This document shows positions 50,148-52,475 of a stretch of 52,475 bases of DNA, one piece after another (the stretch's first letter is position 1; each line of letters begins with the position of its first letter). Both the position numbers and the translations under genes were made by a program. The stretch comes from an uncultured Sandaracinaceae bacterium. Lineage in GTDB: Bacteria > Myxococcota_A > Polyangia > Polyangiales > Houyiibacteriaceae. The notes beneath the pieces were generated by a model. The model was given only the letters and a program-made list of their open reading frames with translations. It searched no databases and was not told the DNA's origin. Location: NCBI GenBank assembly GCA_964510015.1, contig CAZEAA010000004.1, forward strand, positions 1-52,475. The letters run 5' to 3'.

Positions 50148-50431
50148 AGAGCACAGGTGAACTCACCAAGTCCGACTTCGCCCGGGCGCTGCGCCGCACT
50201 CAGCGCGAGCGCATCATGCGCGGCGAGCTGCAGCCCGGTGATGTGGCTGCCCTTCGACGCTTCATCGGGCTGACTCAGACCCAGTTTGCCGACGCGCTCG
50301 GCATCAGCGTTCACACGCTCCGAAACTGGGAGCAGGATCGAAGGACGCCCGAGGGACCTGCACTCGCGCTGTTGCGCATCGCGGCTCGCCACCCGGGTGT
50401 GGTTCGCGAAAACGTCCGCAGCGCGGCGTGA
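50144..50431 (+). CDS. XRE-type helix-turn-helix antitoxin candidate (95 aa)
   Basis: ATGA overlap with the toxin stop. HTH: LRRFIGLTQTQFADALGISVHTLRNWEQDRRTPEGPALALLRI. In frame with track ORF 50090..50431. Confidence 0.75.
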   Translation: MKSTGELTKSDFARALRRTQRERIMRGELQPGDVAALRRFIGLTQTQFADALGISVHTLRNWEQDRRTPEGPALALLRIAARHPGVVRENVRSAA

Positions 50432-50459
50432 CGCCCACTTTCGAGGTCGACTACCGCCT

Positions 50460-50813
50460 TCAGGGCATCTGGTCCAGCGGCTTCACCCCCGGACGCAGCA
50501 GCGCCCGCAGCGCCCAGGTCAGCAGCCCCATGAACACCAGCAGCCACGCGCCGAAGTGCACCAGCGCGCCCAGCGCCACGCTCGCCTCGTGAACGGCGCC
50601 GTCGCCGCCCTCGCAGCGCATGGACAGCGCGCCCACCGGGCGTCCGTCCGGGAGGTACTCGGTCTGGCCCACCTCGGTGACGAACTCGGCCTCCTCGCCG
50701 CACATCACCCAGCCCACGCCCAGCGCGGCCGGAGCCACCGAGAACGAGACGGCCGTGGCGAGAGCTGCGAGGAACAGCCCTCCCCCGACCACGAATGCCA
50801 CCTTCTTACGCAT
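50460..50813 (-). CDS. Small two-TM membrane protein, unknown function (117 aa)
   Basis: N-terminal and C-terminal hydrophobic helices flank a Cys-containing loop. The competing frames are Arg-rich. Confidence 0.5.
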   Translation of the reverse strand: MRKKVAFVVGGGLFLAALATAVSFSVAPAALGVGWVMCGEEAEFVTEVGQTEYLPDGRPVGALSMRCEGGDGAVHEASVALGALVHFGAWLLVFMGLLTWALRALLRPGVKPLDQMP

Positions 50814-50841
50814 CGCTCGAACGCCGCGTCCGCTGCTTCGC

Positions 50842-51441
50842 TCAGGGCTTCTTCAGCGCTTCGAGGATCTGCTTGTCCAGCTCGTACTGGCGGAACGCGA
50901 GGATGCTGCGCTCGAAGATCACGCGGCCCATGAGGACCCACATGAAGACCCAGATGGGGTACGCCACGATCGAGCCACAGAAGAGGTCGAACTGCGGGTC
51001 GCTCTCGTACGTGCCCGGCGTGCCGGAGGCGTAGTCGTAGTTGTAGCTCTCGTGCGTGAGGGCTTGGTACCAGACGAAGAAGAGCCCGAAGACCGAGGGC
51101 ACCAGCATGAACAGCCAGAACCCATAGAGGACCTTCAGCACGCGCGGTGAGACGAAGTTGTCGAACGAGAAGTCGAAGAGCGACTTGAGGAACCCCTTGG
51201 CCTCCGCCTTCTTCGCGTCGAGGTCTGCGCTGCCACCACCACCCCCACCGCCGCCACCCTGCACGGGCGGGAACTGAGCCGCGGCCGGCTGCTGCGGCTG
51301 AGGGAACCCGCCCTGCGGCTGCTGGAACCCCGCCTGCGGCTGGGGCGTGGGCTGCTGGGCGTACCCTCCCTGCGGCTGAGTGGGCTGAGGCGGAAATTGA
51401 CCCGGAGGCGGAAAGCCGCCCTGCGACGGAGGCTGGTTCAT
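50842..51441 (-). CDS. DUF4282-like membrane protein with Pro/Gln-rich N-terminus (199 aa)
   Basis: FLKSLFDFSFDNFVSPRVLKVLYGFWLF matches the DUF4282 signature. N-terminal PQ-rich repeats and a run of 9 Gly. Confidence 0.75.
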   Translation of the reverse strand: MNQPPSQGGFPPPGQFPPQPTQPQGGYAQQPTPQPQAGFQQPQGGFPQPQQPAAAQFPPVQGGGGGGGGGSADLDAKKAEAKGFLKSLFDFSFDNFVSPRVLKVLYGFWLFMLVPSVFGLFFVWYQALTHESYNYDYASGTPGTYESDPQFDLFCGSIVAYPIWVFMWVLMGRVIFERSILAFRQYELDKQILEALKKP

Positions 51442-51540
51442 ACGAAGTCCCTTGCTGGTCCTCGGCCCGCGGTGTGCGACCCCCCAAGACCACCAGCGAC
51501 GCTACGTGAGGACGCGCAGCGGTGTCCAGTGATTCCGCGA

Positions 51541-52263
51541 TCAGGGAGCATGACGGCGCCGAAAGCGGCGCACGTACCCCGCGGTGACGGCGATGAAGGA
51601 CACGACGCCGGACGGGATCAGGCCGAGCAAGAACGCGAACGAGAACACCGCCAGCAGCCACGCCAGCGCCGCGAGGACGTTGCCCGAGAAGGCGATGGCG
51701 CCGAGGTCGATGATCAAGAGCGGCAGCAGGATCACCAGCGCGATGGCGCCCGCATGGCCGACGTGTCCCATGTCGGCGATCAGCCAGTGCCGCGCGCCAC
51801 CGACTTCGAGGCACGCAGCGGCCACGTCGTTGGCCGCGCTGTCGAGGGGCCCGCTCATCAACCAGAACGAGATCATCAACGCGAGTGGGATGAGGAAGAC
51901 GGGCACGAACACCCAGGGCCCCGAGAGCGTCCACGACGCACGGAACGCCGCGAACACGGCCGCGATGGGCGCCCCCACCACCAGGGCGTAGACGAGCGCG
52001 AAGAAGGGCAGCACCACGTAGGTGCCCGGAGGAGTCGCGGCACCTTTCACCAGCTCGCTGACCACGGCGTACACGATGAACGCGAAGATCAGCCCGCCGA
52101 TCACGCCGAGCGCCTTCCAGAAGGGCCGAAAGAACGCGCCCAGCACGAAGCGCAGCTCCGCCTTGAACACCGCGAATCCCTTGGTGGCCGCCTGCTTCCC
52201 AGCCGCTTGGGCGCGCTCGAGTGCCGACGCGTCGTTCTCCATCGTGGGAGGATGCCACGCCAT
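51541..52263 (-). CDS. Polytopic membrane protein, unknown function (240 aa)
   Basis: At least 6 hydrophobic segments and a basic C-terminal tail. The alternative ORFs covering this span are Arg/Pro-rich shadows. Confidence 0.6.
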   Translation of the reverse strand: MAWHPPTMENDASALERAQAAGKQAATKGFAVFKAELRFVLGAFFRPFWKALGVIGGLIFAFIVYAVVSELVKGAATPPGTYVVLPFFALVYALVVGAPIAAVFAAFRASWTLSGPWVFVPVFLIPLALMISFWLMSGPLDSAANDVAAACLEVGGARHWLIADMGHVGHAGAIALVILLPLLIIDLGAIAFSGNVLAALAWLLAVFSFAFLLGLIPSGVVSFIAVTAGYVRRFRRRHAP

Positions 52264-52313
52264 GCGGCGCGGCGGAGTGTCGCGCCGCTAGCGGATGAGA
52301 GACCGCTTCATGG

Positions 52314-52475
52314 TCAGGCGGTGAGCCGATACACGGCCGCCTCCTGGCGCACCATGCCCAGCTCTTCGAGCGCTTCCAACACCGCGCGGACGGATGCCTC
52401 CGGGTTGCGCTTGAAATGACTCGCCAGCACCTCGGAGCTGGCTCCGCCGTGCGCAAGAGCGGCCCGCACCGCGGC
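52314..52475 (-). CDS. C-terminal fragment of a possible winged-helix protein, partial (N-terminus lies beyond the window edge)
   Basis: Open at the window edge, so absent from the track. My translation is ...AAVRAALAHGGASSEVLASHFKRNPEASVRAVLEALEELGMVRQEAAVYRLTA*, with the stop at 52316-52314. Confidence 0.35.
   Translation of the reverse strand, partial: AAVRAALAHGGASSEVLASHFKRNPEASVRAVLEALEELGMVRQEAAVYRLTA

Noticed and set aside
50705-52456. 583-aa minus-strand ORF and 340-aa plus-strand ORF (51397..52419) spanning the right end.
   Set aside because: Both are Arg/Pro/Gly/His-rich and overlap better candidates in other frames: the DUF4282-like protein, the 240-aa membrane protein and a partial winged-helix-like C-terminus.

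Overview
High-GC bacterial chromosome segment (about 70% GC by eye). The gene content looks myxobacterial: many lipobox lipoproteins, a MopE-type Cys/Asp-rich repeat lipoprotein, and PKS/NRPS genes. I support about 42 CDS and saw no rRNA, tRNA, CRISPR array, transposase or integrase. Many of the very long ORFs in the six-frame track are GC-driven shadow frames antisense to real genes. I chose frames by recognisable motifs, signal peptides or lipoboxes, SD-like sequences and stop/start overlaps.

Layout:
- 1-5.2 kb: TonB-dependent receptor plus a YfiR/DUF4154-like gene, divergent from a membrane-anchored CheA-type kinase and a CheY-like regulator.
- 5.3-6.6 kb: two coupled paralogous lipoproteins.
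- 6.6-15.6 kb: tailoring and regulatory genes. These are a 2OG-Fe(II) oxygenase, a GNAT/FemAB-like protein, an AurF-like diiron oxygenase, a GT-C-like membrane protein, an AraC regulator, a pectin-acetylesterase-family lipoprotein, an SDR and a CMD-family protein.
- 15.6-18.1 kb: an 817-aa Cys/Asp-rich lipoprotein.
- 18.2-49.6 kb: the main point of interest, a compact about 31-kb locus. Classical envelope-polysaccharide machinery is interleaved, often by 4-nt stop/start overlaps, with carrier-protein-dependent thiotemplate enzymes.
  - Polysaccharide machinery: WcaJ-type priming phosphoglycosyltransferase, Wza-type OPX, Wzc-like PCP, Alg14/Alg13 split GT, three GT2, one GT4 and a NodB-type deacetylase.
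  - Thiotemplate enzymes: a DltC-like carrier plus DltA-like ligase, a formyltransferase/truncated-C/A(monooxygenase-interrupted)/T protein, and a 2208-aa KS-AT-KR-DH-T-TE PKS.
  - No Wzx, Wzy, PPTase, MBOAT or intact condensation domain is visible in the window.
- 49.6-50.4 kb: a lower-GC islet with a BrnT-toxin/XRE-HTH pair marks the right edge of the locus.
- 50.5-52.5 kb: small membrane proteins.

All functional calls are from motif reading by eye. No searches were run.
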